Assembly (NCBI GenBank): GCA_035940775.1
Contig: DASZEN010000028.1
Location: 12,869 to 76,868 of the forward strand
Length of the DNA: 64,000 bases
Origin: Pyrinomonadaceae bacterium
Lineage (GTDB): Bacteria; Acidobacteriota; Blastocatellia; Pyrinomonadales; Pyrinomonadaceae
Direction: 5' to 3'
This document shows, piece by piece, positions 25,503-34,517 of this stretch. Positions within the stretch are counted from its first letter, which is position 1, and every line of letters begins with the position of its first letter. The position numbers and the translations under genes are program-made. Under the pieces are notes generated by a model. The model did no database searches and had not been told where the DNA came from. It was given only the letters and a program-made list of their open reading frames with translations.

Positions 25503-28085
25503 ATGGACGAAAAATATTACCCCGAAAAGATCGAAGAGAAATGGCAGAAGCACTGGGCCGACGCGGGCTCGTTCGAGGCCGACGAGCAGAGCGACCTGAC
25601 GCCCTTCTATTGCCTGGAGATGTTGCCCTACCCCTCCGGCTTCCTGCACATGGGCCACGTGCGCAACTATTCCATAGGCGACGCCCTCTCCTGGTACAAG
25701 CGGCTCTCGGGCTTCAACGTGCTGCACCCGATTGGCTGGGACAGCTTCGGCCAGCCCGCCGAGCAGGCCGCCATCAAGCGCGGCGTCAACCCGCGCGATT
25801 GGACGGAAGAGAACATCGCGCACATGCGCGGGCAGCTTCAGCGTCTCGGCATCAGCTACGACTGGCGGCGCGAGATCGCGGCGCATCGTCCGCAGTACTA
25901 CAAGTGGGATCAGTGGTTCTTCCTGAAGATGTTCGAGCAGGGACTGGCCTACAAACGGCTGTCTCCGATTAACTGGTGTCCGAAGGAGGAGACCGTTCTA
26001 TCGAACGAGCAATCTTCGGGCGGCGTCTGCTGGCGCTGTCAAACGGTGGTCGAGAAAAGAGAGCTGGAACAATGGTTCATACGCACGACCGCATATGTCG
26101 AGCAACTTCTGGCCGACATGCGCGAGATTGAAGGGGGCTGGCCCGAGCGCGTCCTGACGATGCAGCGCAACTGGATCGGTCAGAGCACGGGGGCGCACGT
26201 CGATTTCGCGATCAGGGAATCGAGCGCGAAAGTGCGCGTCTTCACCACGCGCATCGACACCATCTACGGCGCGACCGCCATCGTGCTCGCCGCCGAGCAT
26301 CCTCTGATCGCGGAGATTCCGGAGGGCTCCGCCCTGAAGGATGATGTCGCGCGCTTCGTCGAGCGCGTGCGCCGTGAGCGCAAAGGCCGCAACCCGGCGG
26401 CAGAAGGAGGCGGCGATACGGAGGAAGAGAAAGAGGGCGTCAATACGGGCCTCGTCGCTATCAATCCGTTCAGCGGTGAAGCCATTCCCGTGTGGGTCGC
26501 AAACTATGTCTTGATGGACTACGGCACGGGCGCTGTGATGAGCGTTCCGGCCCACGACGAGCGCGATTTCGAGTTCGCGCAGAAGTACAAGCTGCCCATT
26601 CGTCAGGTCATCGCGCCCCTTACGCACAGGGAAGAGCCGAGCGGTTTTGACCCGCGCCTCGGCGTCGATCAATCGACGGAGATGACTGCGGCCGCGACCG
26701 ATTACGGCATGCTCGTCAACAGCGGCGATTGGAGCGGCAAGCTCTCGGAAGACGCGATTCGAGAGATGACGCGCTTCGCCTCGGCCGGAGGGTTCGGCGA
26801 GGAGAAGGTCATGTATCGGCTGCGCGACTGGGGGATTTCGCGCCAGCGTTTCTGGGGCGCGCCGATCCCCGTAATCTACTGCGAGGCGTGCGGCATAGTG
26901 CCCGTGCCTGAGCGTGATTTGCCGGTTCTGTTGCCGGAGCACGCGGAGTTGACGGGCACGGGCCAATCGCCGCTGGCGAGCGTCGCCGAGTTCGTCAATA
27001 CGACGTGCCCGAAATGCAACGGCGCGGCGCGGCGCGAGACCGATACGATGGATACGTTCGTCGATTCCTCGTGGTACTTCTTTCGCTACTGCGACCCGCG
27101 CGACGACAATGCTCCCTTCGCGCGCGACAGGGCCGCGTACTGGACGCCCGTAGACCAGTACATAGGCGGTATCGAACACGCCGTCATGCACCTGCTTTAC
27201 ACGCGCTTCTGGACGAAGATGATGCGCGACATAGGGCTCGTCCCCTTTAACGAGCCGGTCAAAAAACTGCTCACGCAGGGGATGGTGACGAACGTAGTGG
27301 AGGGCACGGGCGAATGGAAGGCGATGTCGAAGAGCCTCGGCAACGGCGTCGACCCGGACGAGATGCTGACCGCCTACGGAGCCGACGCGGTGCGTCTCTT
27401 CATCCTGTTCGCCGCGCCGCCCGAGAACGAATTGCGCTGGCAGGAGACGGGCATAGAGGGCGCTGTGCGCTTCCTGCGGCGCGTCTACTCTATGGTCTGG
27501 CGGTGGAGCGAGCGCTTCGCCCGGAGCGCGGCGCGTCCGGGCGTTGAGCCGCGTGGTGAAGAGTTGACGGCGGGCGCACGCGCCCTGCGTCGCAAGACTC
27601 ACCAGACCATCGCGCGCATCACCCGCGACTTCGACGAGCTGCACTTCAATACGAGCGTCGCGGCCTTGATGGAACTCTCGAACGCGCTCGGCGATTTGAA
27701 CCTACAGCCCGCCGGGGCCAGCGAGGCGGACGCCTTTGCGGTGCGCGAGGCGCTCGAATCCCTAGTCATCATGCTGGCTCCGTTTGCGCCGCACATAGGC
27801 GAAGAGATGTGGGAGGGCCTGGGCCATGCGGGAGGTCTCCTCGGCGAAGGCCGGGCGCGTTGGCCCAGAGCGGACGAAGAACTGGCGCGCGCCGAAGAGT
27901 TGGAGATTCCCGTGCAGGTCAACGGCAAGCTGCGCTCGCGCATCAATGCGACGCCCGACACGCCGGAAGAGGAGCTTCGCGCCGCCGCTTTGGCCGACGA
28001 GCGAGTGCGCGGCTTCACCGAGGGCCACGAGCTGGTCAAAGTGATCGTCGTCCCGAAGCGCCTCGTCAACATCGTCGTGAAGTAA
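25503..28085 (+). CDS. leuS: leucine--tRNA ligase
   Basis: MDEKYYPEKIEEKWQKHW, the HIGH motif (HMGHVRNY) and the KMSKS motif (AMSKSLGNG) are present, and the length is about 860 aa. The ORF-track start at 25428 is probably too early. Confidence 0.95.
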   Translation: MDEKYYPEKIEEKWQKHWADAGSFEADEQSDLTPFYCLEMLPYPSGFLHMGHVRNYSIGDALSWYKRLSGFNVLHPIGWDSFGQPAEQAAIKRGVNPRDWTEENIAHMRGQLQRLGISYDWRREIAAHRPQYYKWDQWFFLKMFEQGLAYKRLSPINWCPKEETVLSNEQSSGGVCWRCQTVVEKRELEQWFIRTTAYVEQLLADMREIEGGWPERVLTMQRNWIGQSTGAHVDFAIRESSAKVRVFTTRIDTIYGATAIVLAAEHPLIAEIPEGSALKDDVARFVERVRRERKGRNPAAEGGGDTEEEKEGVNTGLVAINPFSGEAIPVWVANYVLMDYGTGAVMSVPAHDERDFEFAQKYKLPIRQVIAPLTHREEPSGFDPRLGVDQSTEMTAAATDYGMLVNSGDWSGKLSEDAIREMTRFASAGGFGEEKVMYRLRDWGISRQRFWGAPIPVIYCEACGIVPVPERDLPVLLPEHAELTGTGQSPLASVAEFVNTTCPKCNGAARRETDTMDTFVDSSWYFFRYCDPRDDNAPFARDRAAYWTPVDQYIGGIEHAVMHLLYTRFWTKMMRDIGLVPFNEPVKKLLTQGMVTNVVEGTGEWKAMSKSLGNGVDPDEMLTAYGADAVRLFILFAAPPENELRWQETGIEGAVRFLRRVYSMVWRWSERFARSAARPGVEPRGEELTAGARALRRKTHQTIARITRDFDELHFNTSVAALMELSNALGDLNLQPAGASEADAFAVREALESLVIMLAPFAPHIGEEMWEGLGHAGGLLGEGRARWPRADEELARAEELEIPVQVNGKLRSRINATPDTPEEELRAAALADERVRGFTEGHELVKVIVVPKRLVNIVVK

Positions 28086-28088
28086 ATA

Positions 28089-28126
28089 CAGCAGGGGCAG
28101 AAAGCCTTAGCTTTCTGCCCCTGCTG
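28089..28126 (+). terminator. perfect 17-bp hairpin immediately after leuS
   Basis: CAGCAGGGGCAGAAAGC ctta GCTTTCTGCCCCTGCTG. It is followed by TAAATG rather than a U-run, and it ends 3 nt before the next ORF's ATG. Confidence 0.45.
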
Positions 28127-28129
28127 TAA

Positions 28130-29500
28130 ATGCAGAGTTCGTCTTACACAGGCGACAGAGAAAAAGAGAGTATGACGGAACAATCGAGGCGCGCGCTGGT
28201 CATCTCGCTCGACGGATTGGACGCGCGCTATCTTCGGCGGCGCGACGAATACGGCCTGCGTATCCCGACGCTGCGACGATTGATGGCGGCGGGCGCAACC
28301 TCGCTCGATGTCGTCACGGTCTACCCTTCCGTAACCTACCCTGTTCATACTTCGATTGTGACGGGCGCGCTCCCGGCGCATCACGGCATCGTCGGCAACG
28401 AGCTGTTCATTCCATTGGGCGCGCCCGAGTGCGGCGAGTGGCACTGGTTCGCGCGCGACATCCGCGCCGAGACGTTGTGGGACGCGGCACGCGCGCGAGG
28501 GCTTTCGACGGGCATCGTATCGTGGCCGGTCGCGGGCGGCGCGGGCGATTACAACGTGCCGGAGATCAAGAAGCTCGGAGGGACTCCCAGAGAATCGCTC
28601 GCGCTGATGATCGAGCACGCGCGCCCCTTCGGAATTATTCAGGAGGTGGCGTCGCGCGACCCGCAGCTTTACGCACAGGCCAACGCCGACGAGCATGACG
28701 ATATGCGAACGCGCTTCGCCGAATACCTCATCACGGAGAAGCGCCCGCAGTTGATGCTCGTACACCTGTTCGACCTGGATCACTTTCAACACGACTACGG
28801 GCCTTTCACGCCGGAAGCGTTCGCTCTGCTGGAAAAGCTGGACGGCTACGTGGCGCGGCTGCTGGCCGCGACCGAGCGCGCCGGAACGCTGGCCGAGACG
28901 GATGTCTTCATCGTCAGCGATCACGGCTTTATGCCCATCTCAAGGCTGATTCATCCGGGCGTGCTGCTGCGGCGCGCTGGCCTCCTGAGCGTGACCGAGG
29001 AAAGGGATACGCTGGAGGGGCGCGCGCGCCTGTGCGTGACGGACTGGCGCGCGCTTCCCTCCGTCACGGGCGGCTCGTGCGCGATTATCCTGCGCGACGC
29101 GCTCGACCGCGAGGCTTTGGAAAAAGCACGCGGCGCATTCGACGGGCTGAGAAACGGAGCGGGCGGAGAGTTTGAGACGGGCGGCGCGCCCTTTAGCTTC
29201 ATCGACGCGGAAGAGGCGCGCGCGTTGGGCTCGCATCCGGAGGCGGCCTTTGTGCTCGAAGCCGCGGACGGATACGCCTTCGGCGCAGGCTACGAGGGCG
29301 ACGCCGTGACACGGAGCGTACAGCGCGGCCAGCACGGCTACCTGCCGTCTCGATACTTCACCTCCTTCATCGCTTCGGGGCCGGGCATCACCAGACGCGG
29401 CGAGCTGGGAGAGACGCGCATCATCGACATTGGCCCAACCATCGCGCGCTCCCTGGGCCTTACTCTAAGCGACGCCGACGGCCGGGCTCTGCGATTGTAA
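28130..29500 (+). CDS. alkaline-phosphatase-superfamily nucleotide pyrophosphatase/phosphodiesterase (NPP-type)
   Basis: Motifs VISLDGLDARY, TVYPSVTYPVHTSIVTG (Thr nucleophile context), HLFDLDHFQH and IVSDHGF. An alternative start is MTEQS at 28172. Confidence 0.8.
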   Translation: MQSSSYTGDREKESMTEQSRRALVISLDGLDARYLRRRDEYGLRIPTLRRLMAAGATSLDVVTVYPSVTYPVHTSIVTGALPAHHGIVGNELFIPLGAPECGEWHWFARDIRAETLWDAARARGLSTGIVSWPVAGGAGDYNVPEIKKLGGTPRESLALMIEHARPFGIIQEVASRDPQLYAQANADEHDDMRTRFAEYLITEKRPQLMLVHLFDLDHFQHDYGPFTPEAFALLEKLDGYVARLLAATERAGTLAETDVFIVSDHGFMPISRLIHPGVLLRRAGLLSVTEERDTLEGRARLCVTDWRALPSVTGGSCAIILRDALDREALEKARGAFDGLRNGAGGEFETGGAPFSFIDAEEARALGSHPEAAFVLEAADGYAFGAGYEGDAVTRSVQRGQHGYLPSRYFTSFIASGPGITRRGELGETRIIDIGPTIARSLGLTLSDADGRALRL

Positions 29501-29615
29501 AAGCCTGAAGCCGAAAGAGGAATGATCTGGAAGCGTGGATTATAAAGCGGGAACGATGCACGAAAGGCAAAAGCTTTTGATTATGCATGGCTGCGTTCCT
29601 GCTTCAACCCTCGAT

Positions 29616-30323
29616 TTATCCCTTCGCTCCGGTATTGCGATTGATGATCGACCAGAATCGAGCGGCGAGGCGCACACGCTGTTCGTCGTCGCGCGGCGGA
29701 CGAAAGCTTCTGCGCACTTTGATCTCCAGTCCGGGCGCAAGCTCTATCCATTCAACAGAAGCGCGCTCGGCGCGACGTGCCGATTCGACGGCCAGCGAGG
29801 CGAGCGGAGGCGGTGACGCGGGCGCGTCTGCTGCTGCTGCTGCTCCGCCTCGCGCCGGATCTGTAGTTTTGGCTGATGCAGCATCGTCTCGCGCGGCCGC
29901 CGCGACTGTGGCCGCTCTCTCTGCGGCGCTCCGCTCGGTCTCCGCTCTTTTCTGTGCGGCGCTCGCGGCTGACGCCTCAGAAAGGAGCGCACCGCCTACC
30001 AGTTGTTCGAGCGCGGTGATGTCCAGAGCCTTCATGAACTCCTTGATCTTGATGACCGACCAATGCTCTGCGAGCAGCTTTTTGACGGCCAGCAGGCGCA
30101 GCAGGTTGCCGTAGTTGAAGACCAAAGAGGTTCCGGACTGACCCGTGGGCTCGCCCAGCAGGTCTTCGCTCAGGTAGTGGCGCACGGTGCGCTCCGTGAT
30201 GCCGAGCCGCACATTGCCCCGCGCCGGTTCCGGGCTGTAACGCTCTATGAGCGTTGCGGCCGCGCGCGTCAACTCTTCGACTCCCCTGAACTCGCGCCCG
30301 CGATGACTCTCCAACGCATTCAT
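29616..30323 (-). CDS. MerR-like HTH protein with Ala-rich linker
   Basis: 235 aa. ITERTVRHYLSEDLLGEP followed by LLRLLAVKKLL fits a MerR-type HTH plus helix. The middle is Ala-rich, including A5 encoded by (GCA)5. It is divergent from the kinase gene. Confidence 0.5.
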   Translation of the reverse strand: MNALESHRGREFRGVEELTRAAATLIERYSPEPARGNVRLGITERTVRHYLSEDLLGEPTGQSGTSLVFNYGNLLRLLAVKKLLAEHWSVIKIKEFMKALDITALEQLVGGALLSEASAASAAQKRAETERSAAERAATVAAAARDDAASAKTTDPARGGAAAAADAPASPPPLASLAVESARRAERASVEWIELAPGLEIKVRRSFRPPRDDEQRVRLAARFWSIINRNTGAKG

Positions 30324-30436
30324 GCCGGAAATCTAGTCTTATCAATACCTGTTGTCAATAAAGCCGGGCCCCGCGCCCTCTCTGCCGCCCGAAGTCGCGG
30401 CGCGCCGCCATTGCATACGTCGAAGGCGGAGTCATC

Positions 30437-30463
30437 GGTCGGAAGCGCGACGCGCTTCCGACC
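30437..30463. promoter_or_regulatory. perfect 27-nt palindrome in MerR-like / kinase divergent intergenic region
   Basis: GGTCGGAAGCGCG A CGCGCTTCCGACC, with 13-nt arms perfectly complementary. Confidence 0.4.
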
Positions 30464-30853
30464 GGCGGGCCGGTCAAATTTCATGGCAAAGCGAGCGCTT
30501 CGGGTCGTCATCCCGGATGAAGCTTCTGAGTGTGCGCGATAGAGTGGCGAAAGGATGATTGCGGCGGTTGAGGGTTTGCGCCGCCGCGTTTCGTACAATA
30601 AATCTTTAATCACTTGCTTGAAGGGCCCGTTGTCGTTAAAATCAATGGGCGCGGTCGTTTCACAAACCTTTGTGCCGCCAGGCAGCACTACAAACTCCTG
30701 TGCTGCGTTTGAGACGCGCTGCGCCCGAAGATAGCTCCGCCGTCCGAGTCCGTTTCGGCGGAGGCTCTCTTGCCACCAAACGAGTGAGGCTGCCCCCCGG
30801 TCGCTAGTCGCCTGCGAGAAGTCTGTCGGGCCGCCCTTGGATCGAGCCGACCA

Positions 30854-33800
30854 ATGAAAGAATGTCCAGCTTGTCGACGCTGTTTTCCTGACCACGTCAA
30901 TCACTGCCCGAACGACGGTGATGCGACCGTGCATTCGATTGCGGGCGAGCCGATGCTCGACGGGCGCTATCAATTGGAGCGACGGCTCGGACACGGCGGC
31001 ATGGGCGTGGTCTTTCAGGCGCGTCACATCTTTCTCAAAACCGCTCACGCCATCAAGGTGATCCTGCCCGATCTGGTCGGCAACGACCCGATGCTGGTCA
31101 CGCGCTTTCGCCAGGAGGCGCTGGCGGCCGCCGCCATTCGCCACCAGAACATCATCGCCGTCACGGACTTCGGAGTGGCGCGCGGCACTATGCCCTTCCT
31201 CGTCATGGAGTTCGTCAAGGGCAAATCCCTGCACGACATACTGGCCGCCGAGGGGCCGCTCTCGCCCGCCCGCGCTTTAGAGATCATGGCGGCCGTCGGC
31301 TCGGGCGTGGCCGCCGCGCACCGTCAGAACATAGTTCATCGCGATTTGAAGCCCCTGAATATTATGCTTCAGGACGATATGCCGGTGAACGAGGGCGTCA
31401 AGGTTCTGGATTTCGGACTTGCCAAGATCAAGTCGGGCGAACTGCTCGGCTCGTTCGTTCAGGCGAAGACGAGCGGGCTGATGGGCTCGCCCTTCTACAT
31501 GGCTCCCGAGCAATGGTCGGATGAGGAGCCGGACGTTCGCGCAGACATCTACTCTCTGGGCGTGATCCTTTACCAGATGCTCGGCGGCGACGTGCCCTTC
31601 AAGGGCACAGGCATCCCCTCGATCATGAAGAAACACCTGACGAGCGCGCCGCCGACGCTCTCTTCGATGGGCGTGAGCGTCGCGCCGCAGATCGAGGCCG
31701 TGGTGCGTCATGCGCTCGAAAAGGATGCCGACAATCGCCCGCAGACGGTCGAGGCTTTCGTCGCGGAGCTGCGCGACGCCGTGGCCCAGACCTCGGCCTC
31801 GCTCGACCGCACCTACGTCGGGACGGTCGGCGTGCAGTCGGAGACCATCATCACCACCACGCCGTCGCGCCCGGCCATCTCCAGACCTCCGCAACATCAT
31901 CAGGAGACGACCCTAAGCATTCGCACGTCGCCCGCCTACTCGCGCGTCTATATCAATAACGTCTCCGTTGGCAAGAGCGATGGCTCGGGCCAACTGGTCG
32001 TTCAGGAAATCCAGCGCGGCGTGCATCGCGTGCGCGTCGTCCATGACGGCTACGCCGAGTGGGAGGGCCAGATAGAGTGCGACGGCGGCGAGTGTCGCGT
32101 CGATGCCGAGCTGCAAAGCCTGATGCAGACGAGTTTGCCGCAGTTGTCGGGCGATCAACTGGCGGGCACGATCACGGGCGCGCCCGACCAGATGCCGACC
32201 TCCTCGCACTCCATCGAAGCGCAGCGCTTACGCGCGCAGGCCGCAGCGCTCGAAGAGAAAGCGCGCCAGGAAGAGGCCGCGCGGCGTGAGCAGGAGCGCC
32301 GCGAGCAGGAGCGGCGCGAGATGGAAGAGCGCGACCGCATCGCTCGCGAGGAGATCGCGCGCGAAGAGGAAGCGTGCCGCGTCGCCGAAGAGGAACGCCT
32401 TCGCCTCGAAGCCGAAGAGCGCCGGAAGGCCGAGGAAGAGGAGCGACAGCGCGCCGCAGAGGCCGAACGTCTGCGGGTTGAAGAGGCCGAGCGTTTGCGC
32501 GCCGAAGCCGAAGCCGCGCGTAAACAGGCGGAAGCTGAAGCGCAAGAGCGTAAGCGACTGGAAGAAGAGCGAAAGCGGGCCGAGGCCGAAGCACGCGAAC
32601 GCGCCGAAGAGGAGAAGCGCCAGCGCGCCGAAGAGGAGGCCGCCCGCCGCAAGGCCGAAGAGGCGGCATCGCAAAAGCGCGCCGAGGAGGAGAAGCTCCT
32701 GCGTGCCGAGGCCGAGGCCGCGCGCAGGCGCGCCGAAGAGGAATCCGTCGCGCGCAAGGCCGCCGAAGAAGAGGCCGCTCGATTGCGCGCCGAGCAGGCG
32801 ACACGCAAGAAGGCGGACGAAGAGAGAGATCGCAAGCGCGCCGAAGAGGAACGCCTGCGCGCCGAGGAAGCAGACCGTCTTCGCGCCGAAGCGGAGGCCG
32901 CACGCAAGCAAGCGATAGCGGAAGCGCAAGAGCGCAAGCGCATCGAAGAGGAGCGAAAGCGGGTTGAAGCCGAAACGCAGCGTCGCATTGAAGAGGAACG
33001 AAAGCGCGCCGAGGCCGAAGCGCAGCGTCGTCTCGAAGAAGAGCGCCAGCGTTTAGAGAAAGAGAGGCTTGAGCGCGAGGAGAGGGAACGCGCCTCGGCT
33101 GCGGAGCGCGAACGTCTCGCGCGCGAGCTGAAAGAGCGTGACGAACAGATGGCGCGCATGGCCGCGACCAGCATCGCGCCCGATATGGACGCCACCCAGC
33201 AACAGCGGCGCGGCGTCGTCACCCAGCAGATGGGAGAAAACAGCCTCTCCGACGCCACCGTAGTGCCCTCCTGGCAGCAGCAACAGCAGCAGCAGAGCCA
33301 CCCCGGCCTGCATCAATCGGTCGCGCCGCCCTACGCTCCGGCAGAGGCTAAGAAGTCTTCGATGCCGATAATGCTGATTGCGGCGGTGCTCGCGCTGGTC
33401 GTCGCGGGCGGCGGCATCGGCGCCTATTTCATGCTCAGCTCCAAGCCCGCCGCCAGCGATCAGACGACACTGAAGACAGACCCGTCCAAGACCGGCGGTG
33501 GGACGAACAACTCGGATCAGAAGAGCCCCAGGGCAGAGATGATCGCCATTCCCGGCGGGACATTCCAGATGGGACGCAGCGACGGCCCCGCCCAGGAAGC
33601 TCCCGCTCATTCGGTCACCGTCAGTGATTTCCTGATGGATAAGACGGAAGTCACCAATGCCGAATACGCCGAGTTCGTCAACGAGACCAAGCGGACTCCG
33701 CCGAGCCATTGGCCCGAAGGCAAAGTACTTGCAGGGCAGGAGCAGTGGCCCGTCAATAACGTCTCGCTGGATGATGCCAAGGCGTTTGCCGCCTGGCGCT

Positions 33801-34219
33801 CAAAGAGAGATGGCGTAACGTACAGGTTGCCGACGGAAGAGGAATGGGAGTACGCGGCCCGAAACGGCGATCAGGGTAATCTATACCCGTGGGGAAACTC
33901 CTGGGCCAACGACAGCGCTATCGTCAAAGCGGTTTCGCCGCAGAGCGTGGGCACCATGCCGAACGGGAAAAATCGTTGGGGAGTACTGGATTTGATCGGC
34001 AACATCTGGGAGTGGACATCGTCGAAGGCTTCGATCTATCCAGGTAACGGAAGGCTGTCGGTTCCGGATCAGGACAAGGACTCGTATGTGATGCGAGGCG
34101 GGTCATACGCGAGCGAGCCTTCGGGAGAGCGCGCGATCACGGCGACGTTCCGCGACTGGGTTCCGGCGGCGACGAAGCATCCGACTCTGGGCTTCCGACT
34201 CGTGCGTGCCGGTTCCTGA
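30854..34219 (+). CDS. Zn-ribbon / Ser-Thr protein kinase / PEGA / long E-R-K-A helix / TM / FGE-sulfatase-domain protein
   Basis: 1121 aa. Domains in order: N-terminal MKECPACRRCFPDHVNHCPNDG; kinase motifs HRDLKPLNIM, DFGLAK and YMAPEQ; a PEGA-like segment (LSIRTSPAYSRVYINNVSVG...VHRVRVVHDGY). About 300 aa of E/R/A/K repeats follow, then Q7 and a TM helix (MPIMLIAAVLALVVAGGGIGAYFML). The C-terminal FGE/SUMF1 motifs are RLPTEEEWEYAAR, GNIWEWTSS and RGGSY. Confidence 0.9.
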   Translation: MKECPACRRCFPDHVNHCPNDGDATVHSIAGEPMLDGRYQLERRLGHGGMGVVFQARHIFLKTAHAIKVILPDLVGNDPMLVTRFRQEALAAAAIRHQNIIAVTDFGVARGTMPFLVMEFVKGKSLHDILAAEGPLSPARALEIMAAVGSGVAAAHRQNIVHRDLKPLNIMLQDDMPVNEGVKVLDFGLAKIKSGELLGSFVQAKTSGLMGSPFYMAPEQWSDEEPDVRADIYSLGVILYQMLGGDVPFKGTGIPSIMKKHLTSAPPTLSSMGVSVAPQIEAVVRHALEKDADNRPQTVEAFVAELRDAVAQTSASLDRTYVGTVGVQSETIITTTPSRPAISRPPQHHQETTLSIRTSPAYSRVYINNVSVGKSDGSGQLVVQEIQRGVHRVRVVHDGYAEWEGQIECDGGECRVDAELQSLMQTSLPQLSGDQLAGTITGAPDQMPTSSHSIEAQRLRAQAAALEEKARQEEAARREQERREQERREMEERDRIAREEIAREEEACRVAEEERLRLEAEERRKAEEEERQRAAEAERLRVEEAERLRAEAEAARKQAEAEAQERKRLEEERKRAEAEARERAEEEKRQRAEEEAARRKAEEAASQKRAEEEKLLRAEAEAARRRAEEESVARKAAEEEAARLRAEQATRKKADEERDRKRAEEERLRAEEADRLRAEAEAARKQAIAEAQERKRIEEERKRVEAETQRRIEEERKRAEAEAQRRLEEERQRLEKERLEREERERASAAERERLARELKERDEQMARMAATSIAPDMDATQQQRRGVVTQQMGENSLSDATVVPSWQQQQQQQSHPGLHQSVAPPYAPAEAKKSSMPIMLIAAVLALVVAGGGIGAYFMLSSKPAASDQTTLKTDPSKTGGGTNNSDQKSPRAEMIAIPGGTFQMGRSDGPAQEAPAHSVTVSDFLMDKTEVTNAEYAEFVNETKRTPPSHWPEGKVLAGQEQWPVNNVSLDDAKAFAAWRSKRDGVTYRLPTEEEWEYAARNGDQGNLYPWGNSWANDSAIVKAVSPQSVGTMPNGKNRWGVLDLIGNIWEWTSSKASIYPGNGRLSVPDQDKDSYVMRGGSYASEPSGERAITATFRDWVPAATKHPTLGFRLVRAGS
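32483..32984 (+). repeat. internal coding duplication (384-nt register) inside kinase E/R/K/A region
   Basis: The copy starting near 32483 encodes EAERLRAEAEAARKQAEAEAQERKRLEEERKRAEAEA. The copy near 32867 encodes EADRLRAEAEAARKQAIAEAQERKRIEEERKRVEAE. The CGT of the RLRAE motif sits at 32492 and 32876, exactly 384 nt apart. Confidence 0.8.
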
Positions 34220-34517
34220 AGGAAGTAATGAACTGAAGCCGCGGCGCGCCCGCGCTCGGAGACTGAAGTCGCCGGTCGGGCGTCGGTTCATCTTTACGGC
34301 AGATATATTCACGTTGTCGCGCGCCGTCGTCCGTGACGCTCTCTGCCCGCCACGCCTCAAGAGCTTTGTCTCAATGCGCGAGCCAGCCCGCGCCGCCGCC
34401 TCTGCGGACGCAATTCCTTCGGACTCGACGAGCGGCGTGCATCGAGAAGCGGCGACCGACGCAGAGGCCAAAGCGGCCGCCCGTTAGAAGTAATATGGTT
34501 TGATGAGAGGGAAAGCG

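Noticed and set aside
30320-31234. 304-aa minus-strand ORF spanning the MerR/kinase intergenic region and the kinase 5' end
   Set aside because: It overlaps the well-supported kinase catalytic domain in antisense, and it has no motifs and no SD.
32155-33258. Three overlapping minus-strand ORFs (367, 243 and 233 aa) and a plus-strand 210-aa ORF across the kinase E/R/K/A region. This region could also be mistaken for a repeat array or CRISPR.
   Set aside because: They are a compositional artefact of GAA/GAG/GCC/CGC-rich coding repeats. The kinase frame is continuous from the catalytic domain to the FGE domain. There is no repeat-spacer periodicity of the CRISPR type.
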